From assembly GCA_963700555.1 (NCBI GenBank), contig CAVOXZ010000016.1, positions 41,891 to 105,890 of the forward strand: DNA of 64,000 bases. Direction: 5' to 3'. Below the pieces are notes generated by a model that did not search any database, had not been told where the DNA came from, and saw only the letters and a program-made list of their open reading frames with translations. The first letter of the stretch is position 1. Each line of letters begins with the position of its first letter. The stretch comes from an uncultured Chloroflexia bacterium. Lineage in GTDB: Bacteria > Chloroflexota > Limnocylindria > Limnocylindrales > CSP1-4. Shown here one piece after another: positions 1 through 10,107 of this stretch. The translations under genes were made by a program, and so were the position numbers.

Positions 1-189
1 GTCGTGGTCATCAGCCACGACCGCTGGTTCCTGGACCGGATCGCGACCCACATCCTCGCCTTCGAGGGCGACAGCCAGGTCCGCTGGTTCGAGGGCAACG
101 TCAGCGACTACGAGGCCTTCCGGCACCGGGAGCTCGGCGCCGCGGCCGACCAGCCGCATCGCATCCGGTACAAGCGGCTCGCGAGCTGA
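1..189 (+). CDS. ettA: ABC-F family ATPase EttA/ChvD, C-terminal fragment (5'-truncated by window)
   Basis: VVISHDRWFLDRIATHILAFEGDSQVRWFEGN...PHRIRYKRL matches the typical EttA C-terminus. Confidence 0.85.
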   Translation, partial: VVVISHDRWFLDRIATHILAFEGDSQVRWFEGNVSDYEAFRHRELGAAADQPHRIRYKRLAS

Positions 190-191
190 GC

Positions 192-1153
192 TCAGCCGGC
201 GTCGGCCGGCGAAACGACCCGTGGATAGCCCATCTCCTCCAGGCGGCGGCCCAGCAGGCGCACGAGCCATCCCGCCTGCCCATGGCTGATGCTGGCCTGC
301 CAGCGGTCCGCGGCGCCTGCGTCGAACCCCGACTGACCCAGCTGCGCTCCCCGCGACGTCACCTCCTGCTCCAGCATGCCGGGCTCGGGCTCGATGCCCA
401 GGAACGCGCACAGGCTGTCAACGGTCCGGACGGGCGCGTGGACCAGGTCCTCGAACCGCACCAGTCGGTACGCGTGCGGGAAGAGGCGGCTCAGGCGCCG
501 GTGGTGCCGGACGGCGCCGGCCCACGCCCACGCGGTCTCGAGCAGGACGAAGCCACGAAACACCGGCGGCAGCCTGACCAGCCAGCGGTAGGGGACCGCG
601 GTCGGCGCGTCCAGCCGGCGCCGGAGCTCGGACACGAAGACTGCCCGCGGATCACGGATCATGTGCACGACCCGGGCACCCGGGGTACCACTCGAACAGG
701 GTGTCCACGAACGCGACGTGGGCCGGGGTCTTCTCGCCGACGATGGCCTTGCCCTTGGTGTCCGCGTACGTCCGCAGGAATGCGTCGAACTGCCCGCGCT
801 CGGTACGGTCGGCCGCCACGCAGCCGCCGGAGCAGGTCCTTGCGTGGAACGGACCGCTTCAGCCAGCGCCAGAAGGGGGACACGGGTCGAAGCCTGGTGC
901 CCTCCTGGAACTCGGCGGAGTAGATGCGGCGGACGATCTGCCGGATCGTCTCGTCATCCGCGAGGTCGCCATTGCGGCGGAAGACGTCGCGGTAGCCGCC
1001 ACCGGGCAGGAGATGGCCGAGGTAGTGGTTCTCCGGGGCGATCCCCACGCGCGAGTGGCTGTTGAGCACGTTGCGCATCAGCGTGGTGCCGCTGCGGCTC
1101 ACCCCGACAACGAAGATCGCCTCCGGTTCCGCCGCTCGATCCCGATCGCCCAC
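192..1153 (-). CDS. Sulfotransferase family protein (frameshifted)
   Basis: PAPS-binding-like IFVVGVSRSGTTLMRNVLNSHS..PENH in ORF 659-1432; IRDPRAV and VRFEDLV in ORF 192-668; GTG at 1153 preceded by TACCCT. Confidence 0.8.
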
Positions 1154-1416
1154 GCGCCGGAGGGTACACCGGTCGCTGGCCAGACCGTAGGGGCTGTCGC
1201 GATCATGAGCCTGCTCACCGACGACTGGGGCTACACGGTCGACGCCGCCGAGCTCAACCCGAACGACCCCGTCGTCAACACCGCCTCCGAGGACATGTAC
1301 CAGATGGCGACATGCCGGCGTGCTGGTCCGCTGTGCCGGGCCGTCCGGCACGACCACCGCGCGTCGCGCGCCGGATGGCGATACCGTCTGAGGGGGGCAG
1401 CCCGGCAGGAGGAGCG

Positions 1417-1782
1417 GTGGACGGAACGGCAAGCCTGGTCATCACGGCCGCGCTGGTGCTCTATTCGATCGGCGTCTGGAGCGAGCGCATCGGGGGGCGG
1501 CTGCGCCCGTGGCACCTCGCCTTCTTCTTCGGCGGGCTCGTGTGCGACACCATCGGCACCGGGATGATGTTCGACTTCGCCGGCGGGATGACGTTCGACG
1601 TCCATGGCATCAGCGGCCTGCTCGCGATCCTGCTGATGCTGGTGCACGCGGTCTGGGCGACGATCGTGCTGGTCCGCCGAGACGAGGTCTGGATCGTCAA
1701 GTTCCACCGGTTCAGCCTGGTCGTGTGGGCGATCTGGCTGATCCCGTACTTCAGCCCGATGTTCTTCGCGATGGCAACCTGA
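1417..1782 (+). CDS. HsmA-like (TIGR03987-type) four-TM membrane protein
   Basis: AGGAGG RBS then GTG; LYSIGVWSER..LRPWHL.FF.GL.CD..GT..M...HG.SG..AI.LM..HA.WAT..FHRFSL.VW.IWLIPY pattern. Confidence 0.75.
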   Translation: MDGTASLVITAALVLYSIGVWSERIGGRLRPWHLAFFFGGLVCDTIGTGMMFDFAGGMTFDVHGISGLLAILLMLVHAVWATIVLVRRDEVWIVKFHRFSLVVWAIWLIPYFSPMFFAMAT

Positions 1783-1797
1783 CGCAGAGGCCGAGCT

Positions 1798-2331
1798 TCA
1801 GACGGGCGCGGACGTTCCGCTCACCCCGGGCTCGGCGAAGGTCATCGTCGAGAGCGCCGCACCGATCTGCCCGGCATAGCCGCGAATCGCGTCCCAGTCA
1901 CGGAAGTCCCCGATCGGATGGGTCTTGAGCACCTGGGGGTCGATCGGGGCGTCCTCGGCCAGGCATCCGCCGAAGGTCCGGTGGTCGAGAGCGCCAAGAC
2001 CCTGCGTGACCTCGGCTGCATGGGCCGAGATGGGCAGACCGGCCTGCGCCAGGCGCTCGTCGAGCGGCCCGCTGCTCCAGAGCCAGAGGGGCCTGGCCGC
2101 CAGGGCATCCCGGAAGCGAAGGACGAAGCGGCGTGCGTCACGTCGCCAGTGCGCAGCGTAGATCGCGCTGCCGAGGACGACAGCGTCCCACGCATCGAGG
2201 TCGGCGATGTCACGGACCGGGTGGGCTTCGGCCCGGGATCCGGCGGCACGCAGCTCGGCGGCGATGGCTTCGGCGATCTCGGCATTCGAGCCGAGCTTGG
2301 TCGCGTAGGCGACGAGGACGCGGGCAGGCAC
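1798..2331 (-). CDS. Flavodoxin-domain protein (HemG/flavodoxin_5-like)
   Basis: VLVAYATKLGSNAEIAEAIA, DAVVLGSAIY, FGG and GDFRDWDAI motifs; GAGGGGA RBS before GTG 2331. Confidence 0.8.
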   Translation of the reverse strand: MPARVLVAYATKLGSNAEIAEAIAAELRAAGSRAEAHPVRDIADLDAWDAVVLGSAIYAAHWRRDARRFVLRFRDALAARPLWLWSSGPLDERLAQAGLPISAHAAEVTQGLGALDHRTFGGCLAEDAPIDPQVLKTHPIGDFRDWDAIRGYAGQIGAALSTMTFAEPGVSGTSAPV

Positions 2332-2419
2332 GGGATCCCCTCGGCGGTTGCCCATCGACAGCGATGGGCCGGAGGCCAATCTTGCCCGATCCCCCGTGTC
2401 GGTGCATCCGGGCACCGGG

Positions 2420-2456
2420 AACGCGAAACGGACCGGCGGAGTTCCGCCGGTCCGTT
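2420..2456 (-). terminator. Intrinsic terminator downstream of the DoxX gene
   Basis: Perfect inverted repeat AACGGACCGGCGGA / TCCGCCGGTCCGTT (2427-2456), followed by TCGCGTT on the minus strand. Confidence 0.7.
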
Positions 2457-2493
2457 GGCTGCCTGGCCGGGCGCCTGGGCCCGAGCGGGTGGA

Positions 2494-3074
2494 TCAGAGG
2501 GTGACGGGCACCGGGTCGGCTCCGGTTGCGACCCGCGGCAGGATCACCCGACATGAACCAGCGGCGGAAGCCAGCCGGGAACCGGGCGGCCAGCGCGCTG
2601 TCGAGGCCGTAGTACCGCCCCGCGCCGAGCCCGGCGACGGTGAGGCAGATCAGGGCGTAGGTGAGGTGCTGGTTGACGACGCCGTAGTGGAAGTCCCAGG
2701 CGGCGAGGAAGAAGAAGGCCATCATCAGGGCCCCCATCGCCGCGCCGAACCGGGTGAGCAGGCCGAGGACGAGGCTGAGGCCGATGCCGATCTGCCCGAA
2801 CGGAACGAGGACGTTGATGATCCCCATCAGGCCCGCGTTGCCGGCGACCGACAGCCACAGGCTCTGGGTCGGATTGAACACCGTTCCCTCCGCGACCTCC
2901 CCGGCGACGAACGGCCAGCCGAGCGTGCCGGCGGTGGCGAACTTCAGGAAGCCGGCGGCGTCGAACGGTTGAGGGGCCACGAGCTTCTCCAGCCCGGCCC
3001 ACAGGAAGATGATCCCGACGGTGATCCTGAGCAGCGCGACACCACGCTGGTGGATCAGGCCCGTGATGCTGCAC
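2494..3074 (-). CDS. DoxX/DoxD-family membrane protein (probable frameshifts near both ends)
   Basis: ALLRITVGIIFLWAGLEKL, GQIGIGLSLVLGLLTRFGAAMG, GAGRYYGLD; GGAGG RBS before GTG 3074. Confidence 0.75.
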
Positions 3075-3260
3075 GGTCGTACCTCCGACCCCTCCGTCCG
3101 GCGACTGCCACCGGCGGCCCTCATGCGGGGTCCGCTCCTGCGCCCCTCGCGGAGTCCGGACTTCGGGCTCATCGTGGGGGCCGACTGGCATGGTAACGGG
3201 GGGCCATTCGGACTACAACCGGCGACGAGCGGGGGCTGGTGCCCGTCGTACGCTTGCCCG

Positions 3261-4070
3261 GTGAGCGATCCCGCCGACTCGTCGGCCGCCGTCGATCCCG
3301 CCGCCGCCATGCCCGGGGCCGTTGCCCGCCTCCGGACATGGATCGTGACCGCTCCGCCGTATCCGGCGAGCCCTGCCGACCTGCGGACGGTGGACATCCT
3401 CGGCCTGCGGCTGCCGGTCCGCGCCACCGTCGCGGTCCTGGCCGTCTCGTTCATCCTGCTGCTCGACTACCACGGGCGGATCGACGGGCTCGTCGAGTCC
3501 TTGCTGGGTCCGTTCGGGGAGGGGATCGCCGCCGCCAAGCGGGTGCAGTCGCTGGGACGACTCATCCTCGAGGGGTTCGTTCCCCTGGCCCTGATCGTGC
3601 TCGTGCTCCGTGACCGACCGGGTCGCTACGGGCTCCGGCCAGGGGACTGGCGGGCGGGAGTCGCGATCGCCCTGGCGGGCTGCGCCGTGATGACGCCGGT
3701 CGTGCTGGCGCTCGTCCGGCTGCCCGCGTTCGCCGGGTACTACGCTCCGCAGGCGGCATCGCCCCTCGACGTGCTCCTCACGACCGCGCTGGAGGTCGTG
3801 CCGGGTGAGTTCTTCTATCGGGGGTTCCTCCTGTTCGCGCTGCTCCGGGTCGTGGGCCCGATCGGCGTCGTCATCGCCACCCTGCCATTCGCGTTCGTGC
3901 ACCTCGGCAAGCCCGAGATCGAGACCCTCAGCACGCTGGGCGGAGGGCTCCTCTACGGCTGGCTGGACTGGCGCACCGGCTCGGTGCTGTGGAGCGGCCT
4001 GGCCCACACCTGGATCCTGGCGCTCGCCGTCCTGGCGGCGGGAGCCGTCGGCGGCCTGCCGGCCGGGTGA
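3261..4070 (+). CDS. CPBP/CAAX (Abi) family intramembrane metalloprotease
   Basis: Multi-TM protein with GEFFYRG, FAFVHLGKP and AH motifs. Confidence 0.85.
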   Translation: MSDPADSSAAVDPAAAMPGAVARLRTWIVTAPPYPASPADLRTVDILGLRLPVRATVAVLAVSFILLLDYHGRIDGLVESLLGPFGEGIAAAKRVQSLGRLILEGFVPLALIVLVLRDRPGRYGLRPGDWRAGVAIALAGCAVMTPVVLALVRLPAFAGYYAPQAASPLDVLLTTALEVVPGEFFYRGFLLFALLRVVGPIGVVIATLPFAFVHLGKPEIETLSTLGGGLLYGWLDWRTGSVLWSGLAHTWILALAVLAAGAVGGLPAG

Positions 4071-4133
4071 GCCGGGCCGACCCCGGCGCAGCGTCCGACG
4101 CACCGACGGGCGGGTCGCCGTATCCTCGCGGCG

Positions 4134-5183
4134 ATGTCTCGCGACGATGCCCCTCCGGAGCTGACGACTCTCGCGGATGCGCGCGCCGCGGCGCGGCGCG
4201 ACCGGGACTGGGCGACCGCCGATGCCCTCAAGGCACGCATCGAGGCCGCCGGCTGGAAGGTGATCGACACGGGCTCGTTCTACGACCTCGAGCGCGCCGC
4301 CGCGCCCGACATCGAGGCCGGCGGGATCGTCCGGTACGGATCGAGCGGCTCGGTCCCGTCCCGGCTCGCGGAGGCTCCGGTCGGCGTGGCCACGGTCGTC
4401 CTCGTCGTGACCGGTCAGGCGCGCGACCTGGCCCGAGCCGTCGGGGCGATCGGCGACCATGCGCCCGACGGCACGCGGGTCGTGGTCGTCGCCAACGGGG
4501 CCCCCGATGACATCGAGGGGGTTGTCGCGGTGCTGGACTCCACCGACCCCGGCGCCCCGGGCGTCGTCACCGAGGTCCTGCGCACGTCCGAGCGGCTCGG
4601 GTGGGCGGCGGCGCTCAACGCCGGCATCCGGCGGGCGACCGCCCCGCTGGTCCTGGTGCTGGATCCCTCGATCGAGCTGGTGGGCGACCTGGTGACGGTC
4701 CTGGCCGACGCGCTCGAGGACCCGGGCGTCGCCGTCGCCGGCCCGGCCGGGCTCGTGTCCGACGACCTGCGGGCCTTTCGGGCGGCCGCCCGGACGCGTC
4801 CGACGCGGATGCCATCGAAGGCATCGCCATGGCCTTCCGGCGGTCCGACTACGTGGAGCGGGGCCCGCTCGACGAGCACTTCCTCGACGAGCGCAAGCCT
4901 CGACGCGTGGTGGAGCCTGGTGCTCCGCGACCAGGCGGACGACGACCGCCGAGGACGCCCTGCCGGCGGTCGGCAGCCGTCCAGGTCGGGTCGGCGCTGG
5001 TCGTCCGTCACCCGCGACACGAACCAGGCGAGCCGCCCCCAGGCCGAACGCGAGCGACAGGCCCGCCGCAACCGCTACCGCCTGCTCAAGCGGTTCGCGA
5101 CCCGCCGCGACCTCCTTGGCGGTCCCGGCCGCCCTAACGAACCTGCCCACGGGTCGTTATCAAGGCAGAGGCCTCGCGGATAA
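4134..5183 (+). CDS. GT2 glycosyltransferase with N-terminal CysRS C-terminal-like domain (internal frameshifts, end uncertain)
   Basis: N-term ARAAARRDRDWATADALKARIEAAGWKVID; GT-A features VVVVANG, LGWAAALNAGIRRA..LVLVLD; AIEGIAMAFRR..GPLDEHF in the shifted frame. Confidence 0.75.
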   Translation: MSRDDAPPELTTLADARAAARRDRDWATADALKARIEAAGWKVIDTGSFYDLERAAAPDIEAGGIVRYGSSGSVPSRLAEAPVGVATVVLVVTGQARDLARAVGAIGDHAPDGTRVVVVANGAPDDIEGVVAVLDSTDPGAPGVVTEVLRTSERLGWAAALNAGIRRATAPLVLVLDPSIELVGDLVTVLADALEDPGVAVAGPAGLVSDDLRAFRAAARTRPTRMPSKASPWPSGGPTTWSGARSTSTSSTSASLDAWWSLVLRDQADDDRRGRPAGGRQPSRSGRRWSSVTRDTNQASRPQAERERQARRNRYRLLKRFATRRDLLGGPGRPNEPAHGSLSRQRPRG

Positions 5184-5284
5184 CATCGTTCCCCCGGCGG
5201 TGTGGCACGGCGAGGCCTCATTTCCTGCCCTCCGGGGCAGGCACGTCGCAGGGCCTCATCGGCATCCGCCCGTATACTCCCGCC

Positions 5285-6944
5285 GTGCGAGCCTGGACCG
5301 AGATCGACATGAGCGATGGTGGTCCCGTGGTGCCGCCGTCTCGCCGGCGCCGCGTGATCATCGGAGCCATCGCCCTCCTGGTCGCCACCGGGTTGCTCGT
5401 CTCCGCCTGGCCGGGCCTTCCTGCCTCGGTCGCCCCGACTCCCGCAGCGGCTGCGGACGCGGACAACGTGACGATCGTGGCCGGGTCGCCGGCGTCGATC
5501 GACCCAGCGAAGCACGGGGACCTGGGCAGCGCGTCCTACATCAGCCAGCTGTACGAGACGCTGACCGCCGTCGACGCGTCCCTGGTCATCCGGCCGGCAC
5601 TGGCCGAGTCGTGGGTCGTGAGCGACGAGGGCCGCCGCGTCACCTTCACCCTGCGCCCGGACCTGACCTTCAGCGACGGCTCGCCGCTCCGCGCCGGCGA
5701 CGTCGTGCATTCATGGCGGCGCCTGTTCCTGCCCGGAGACCCGTCGCCGCTCGCGTCGCTGGTCGCCGATATGCAGGGCGCCCGCGAGCTGCTCTCCGGG
5801 CAGAGCCGCGACGTCACGACGCTCGGCGTCCGCGCCGAGGACGACCGGACGGTGGTCGTGGACATGGTCCGGGGCGGGGGAGACCTGCCGGCGATCGTCT
5901 CCGGCGCGCCATTCGCGGTCGTCCCGCCGTCGGTGGGAGATGACGAGATCGTTCCCGCACCCGGGGACCCTCGTCGGCAGCGGCGGCTACACCCTCGCGG
6001 GCATCGACGCCGACGCGTTCACCCTGAAGGCCAACCCCCGCTTCTGGGCCGGCGAGCCCGCCATCGGGACGGTGCGGATGCTGACGACCCTCAACGGGGG
6101 CAGCCCGGTGGACGCGTTCGTCGCCGGCAACGTGGACGTGAGCCCGATCAGCTACTACGACGCGTCCTGGATCGCGTACGACCGGACCATCGGGCCATCG
6201 CTGCGCTCGGATCCGTCCCTGTCGGTGACGTACTACGGGTTCGAGGCCCGCCGGGCGCCGTTCGACGACGCTCGCGTTCGCTCGGCATTCGCGATGGCCG
6301 TCGACTGGCGCCGCCTGGCCGCCCTGGACGAGCCAGGCTCGTCGGTGCCGGCGACGAGCCTGGTCCCCGCCGGCATCCCGGGGACGCCCGAGGGCGACTA
6401 CCTGCCCGCGTTCGACCCGGTCCGCGCCCGCGCGCTGCTCGCCGAGGCCGGCTATGCCAGCGGTGCCGACCTCGGTCCGGTCTCGTTCATCGCCAACGGC
6501 GGGGGCTACGACGGCGGCGTGGTGGCGATGCTCGAGCAGAACCTGGGCGTGGATGTCGAGTACGCGGTGATGGAGTTCAACACCTACCAGGCGCGGCTGG
6601 CGACGGATCCGCCGGACATCTGGAGCCTGACGTGGGTGGCCGACTACCCCGGCCCGAACGACTTCCTCGGCGTCCTGCTGGGCACCGGGTCGACCGCCAA
6701 CGAGGGCGGCTGGTCCTCGCAGCCGTTCGACGACGCCATCGCGGATGCGACCTCGGCCAGCGACGCGGCCACCGCCACGGCCGCCTACGCGAGGGCCCTC
6801 GAGATCGTCCGCGACGAGGCGCCGGTGGTGCCCGTGGCCTACGGGACCTCGTTCTCCCTGGTCCGCGAGGGGCTGCTGGGGGCCTCGACCACCGGGACCG
6901 GCATCCTTCGCCTGGCCGGCCTGGCCTGGGGATCGAACCCGTGA
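5285..6944 (+). CDS. Peptide ABC transporter substrate-binding protein, family 5 (frameshift near 5965)
   Basis: LYETLT..IRPALAESW..TFTLRPDLTFSDGSPL; PFDDARVRSAFAMAVD; WVADYPGP; N-terminal TM/signal. Confidence 0.85.
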
Positions 6945-8373
6945 GCGGCCCGCGGGTGATGCGCAATCGCCTCGGTCACGCCGCGAGCCTGGCCGCGGCG
7001 CTCGTGGCCGCGACGGCGCTCCTGCTGCCGGTTGCGGCCCCGGCTCGCGCCATCGACGTCCCGTTCGCCGACGATCGGGCGATGCCGGCCTTCGGGCCGG
7101 CTGAAGGCCGAGGTGACCTACGGCGAGGGCATCACCTTCTCCATCCCGCTCACCGTGAGCGGTGCCGCTCGACCGGGTCGAGATCCGGCTGCGCTATCCG
7201 GGCAGCCTCGGCCCCTTCATCGAGGAGGTACAGGCGCCGGCCACGGGCACCGGGACCCTGACCTACCGCCTCGACACGACGGGTGGCGGCCACCTCGTGC
7301 CCAACACCCGGATCGAGGTCACGTGGGCGGCGTTCCCCGTGGGATCGGTCACGCCGGTGCTGTCCGCCCCCCTGACGGCCCGCTACCTCGACACGAACCA
7401 CGACTGGCAGACGCTGCGGGGAGCGCTCGTGACCGTCCACTGGTACGACGGCAGCGAGGCGTTCGCCCGGAAGGCCCTCGACATCGGCGATGCCGCCGTC
7501 CAGCACACCGCGGACCTGCTGGGCGTGACCGAGACGGAGCGGGTCGACTTCTTCATCTACGGGGACCAGGCCTCGTTCCGGACCGCGCTCGGTCCCGGGA
7601 CCCGGGAGAACGTCGGCGGCCAGGCGCACGCCGACATCCGGACCCTGTTCGCCCTGATCTCGCCCAATGCGATCAACGACAGCTGGGTGGGGATCGTCAT
7701 CCCGCACGAGCTGGTCCATCTCGTGTTCGACACCGCGGTCAGCAACCCCTACCGGTTCCCCCCGCGCTGGGTCAACGAGGGCCTGGCGGTCTACCTCTCG
7801 GAGGGCTACGGCCCGTTCGATCGCAACGAGGTGGCCGACGCGGTCGACAGGGGCGACCTGCTTCCCCTGACCGCACTCACGGGCCAGTTCCCGACCGATC
7901 CCGACAAGACCAGCCTGGCGTACGCCGAGTCCGTGTCCGCGATCGACCACCTGGTGGGGATCTCGAACCAGGACACGCTGCTCACGCTGATCACCTCCTA
8001 CAGGGACGGGCTCACCGACGACGAGGCGTTCAGCCGCGCGCTGGGCGTGGATGTCGCGGGCTTCCAGGCGGGCTGGCTGGCCGAGCTCGGTGCCGACGTG
8101 CCCAAGCCGTACGGGCCGGTCCCCAACCCGCCGGGCCCGGTTCCACCCGGCTGGGACGCCCCGGTCGAGGGGCAGCCCACGGCGGCTCCCGGCAGCAGTC
8201 CGGCCGCGGCAACGACTGGCCCCGGCGCGACACCGGGCGCCGCGAGCCCGGGTGAGGGTCCGGATTCCGCGGCCGGCGGCGATCCGGCGCTCGTGCTTGC
8301 CGCCATCGTGGCGGTCGTGCTGGTCGTGGTCATCGGCATGGTCATCGCCCGGCGGCGCACGGCCCTGTCATGA
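6941..8373 (+). CDS. Secreted, membrane-anchored clan MA (gluzincin) metallopeptidase (frameshifted near 5' end)
   Basis: Signal peptide from GTG 6941; HELVH...WVNEGLA zinc motif; Pro/Ala linker, C-terminal TM and RRR tail. Confidence 0.8.
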
Positions 8374-9161
8374 GTGCCCTGGTGGCTCGCGCGCGCGCCA
8401 TCCCGAGCTGGCAGCTCACGCTGGGGGTCGCCCTGATGGGCCTCGGCTTCCTCATCGCCGCGCAGCTCGCGTCCGAGGGGCCGCGCGTGCGCTACACCAG
8501 CCAGGAGCGCACACCGCTCGTGGAGACCGCCCTCGACCTGCAGGCCCAGCAGGAGAGCCTCAAGGCGCAGATCCTCCAGCTGCGGGAGGAGATCGGCGGC
8601 TACGAGGCGGCGGGAGAGGGCGGCGCCGCCGTGACCCAGGACCTCAACCGCCAGCTGGAGCAGGCGAGGATCGCGGCCGGGCTGGCAGCCCTGACCGGGC
8701 CCGGTCTCATCATCCAGCTCGAGGACTCGCAGGCGACCGTCCCGGAGGGCGCCACCACCCGCGACTACCTGGTGTCCGGCACGGACGTCCTGACGGTCGT
8801 CGAGGAGCTCTGGCTGGCGGGTGCGGAGTCGATCGCCGTCAACGGCGAGCGGATCGCCGCGACGACGGCCATCGTGGACATCGGCGGCTCGGTGCTCGTC
8901 AACTCGGCATACATCGTGCCTCCGTACCAGGTCGCGGCGATCGGCCCGAGCGACCTGTTCGACCGCCTCGCGGCCTCGCCGGGGTTCGTGGACTTCATCC
9001 GCGCCCGGTCCGAGACCTTCGGCATCCGGGTCGGCTACGCGGAGGACGCACAGGTTGACATCCCGGCCTACGCGGGCGTGGTCAACCTCCGTCACGGGAT
9101 CGTCCTGCCGGCCACATCACCCGGAGCGAGCGGGCAGCCCTCCACCGGCGGGGGCCAGTGA
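8370..9161 (+). CDS. DUF881 family protein
   Basis: N-term TM, coiled coil, GL..LTGPGLIIQLED, ELWLAGAESIAVNGERI, PPYQVAAIG. Confidence 0.85.
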   Translation: MSALVARARAIPSWQLTLGVALMGLGFLIAAQLASEGPRVRYTSQERTPLVETALDLQAQQESLKAQILQLREEIGGYEAAGEGGAAVTQDLNRQLEQARIAAGLAALTGPGLIIQLEDSQATVPEGATTRDYLVSGTDVLTVVEELWLAGAESIAVNGERIAATTAIVDIGGSVLVNSAYIVPPYQVAAIGPSDLFDRLAASPGFVDFIRARSETFGIRVGYAEDAQVDIPAYAGVVNLRHGIVLPATSPGASGQPSTGGGQ

Positions 9162-9835
9162 TGCGCCACCGGTCCAGCATGCTGAGCTTCACCGCGGTCG
9201 TGGTGCTGCTCGGGTTCCTGGTGGTGGTCCAGCTGCGCTCGCGGGCCGCGGACGACGGCCTGAGCGGGCTCTCGGTGCCGGAGCTCGGCGAGCTCGTGGC
9301 CAACCTCACGACCCGCAATGACCAGCTCCGAGGCGAGATCCGCGTGCTCGAGACGCAGCTGGCTGCCGTGTCCCGAGCGGTCGAGGGCGGCGACACGTCG
9401 GCCGGGCAGATCCGCGCGGACCTGAACCGGATCCGAGGCTGGTCGGGCGCGCTCGGCGTGGCCGGTCCTGGTGTCCGGGTGCTGGTCGAGGGATCGCTGC
9501 CGGGCGACGCGGTGGAGCTCCTGCTCAACGAGCTGCGCAACGCCGGAGCGGAAGCGCTCGCCGTCGGACCGATCCGCCTGGTGCCCGGCGTGGTCGTCTC
9601 CGGGCCCGCGGGCAGCCTGGTGGTAGCCGACAGCCCGCTGGCTGATCCCCTCGAGATCTTCGCGATCGGCCAGCCGGAGACCCTGGGTGGGTCGCTCACG
9701 AGGGCGGGCGGCCCGATCGCCCAGCTGGCGGCCCGTCACCCCGAGGTCGTGGTCACCGTGAGCGTCGCCGACCGGTTGGACCTGCCGCCGACGGCGCGCA
9801 GCCTCGGGCCCATCCTCGGGACACCGCGCCTCTGA
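9158..9835 (+). CDS. DUF881 family protein (second paralog)
   Basis: TM, coiled coil, GPGVRV, LNELRNAGAEALAV, PLEIFAIG. Confidence 0.8.
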   Translation: MMRHRSSMLSFTAVVVLLGFLVVVQLRSRAADDGLSGLSVPELGELVANLTTRNDQLRGEIRVLETQLAAVSRAVEGGDTSAGQIRADLNRIRGWSGALGVAGPGVRVLVEGSLPGDAVELLLNELRNAGAEALAVGPIRLVPGVVVSGPAGSLVVADSPLADPLEIFAIGQPETLGGSLTRAGGPIAQLAARHPEVVVTVSVADRLDLPPTARSLGPILGTPRL

Positions 9836-9867
9836 GCGTGGAGTCGGCCTCTGCTACCCTCGGGCCG

Positions 9868-10107
9868 ATGTCAGGCCAGCCCGTCGTCGAGCTCTTCCTC
9901 GGCGACCTCATCCAGCTCAGGCGGCGCCACCCGTGTGGCGGCGACACCTGGCTCGTCGACCGCCTCGGCGCCGACATCGGCCTCCGCTGCGGGACGTGCA
10001 GCCGCCATGTGCTCATCCCCAGGCCCACGCTGGAACGGCGCATCGCCTCGTTCGTGCGCCGAGGGGATCCCGAGATCAGTGCCGCCGTGACCCCGGTGCG
10101 CCAATGA
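9868..10107 (+). CDS. DUF951 family small protein
   Basis: GDLIQLRRRHPCGGDTWLVDRLGADIGLRCGTCSRHVLIPR motif. Confidence 0.85.
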   Translation: MSGQPVVELFLGDLIQLRRRHPCGGDTWLVDRLGADIGLRCGTCSRHVLIPRPTLERRIASFVRRGDPEISAAVTPVRQ

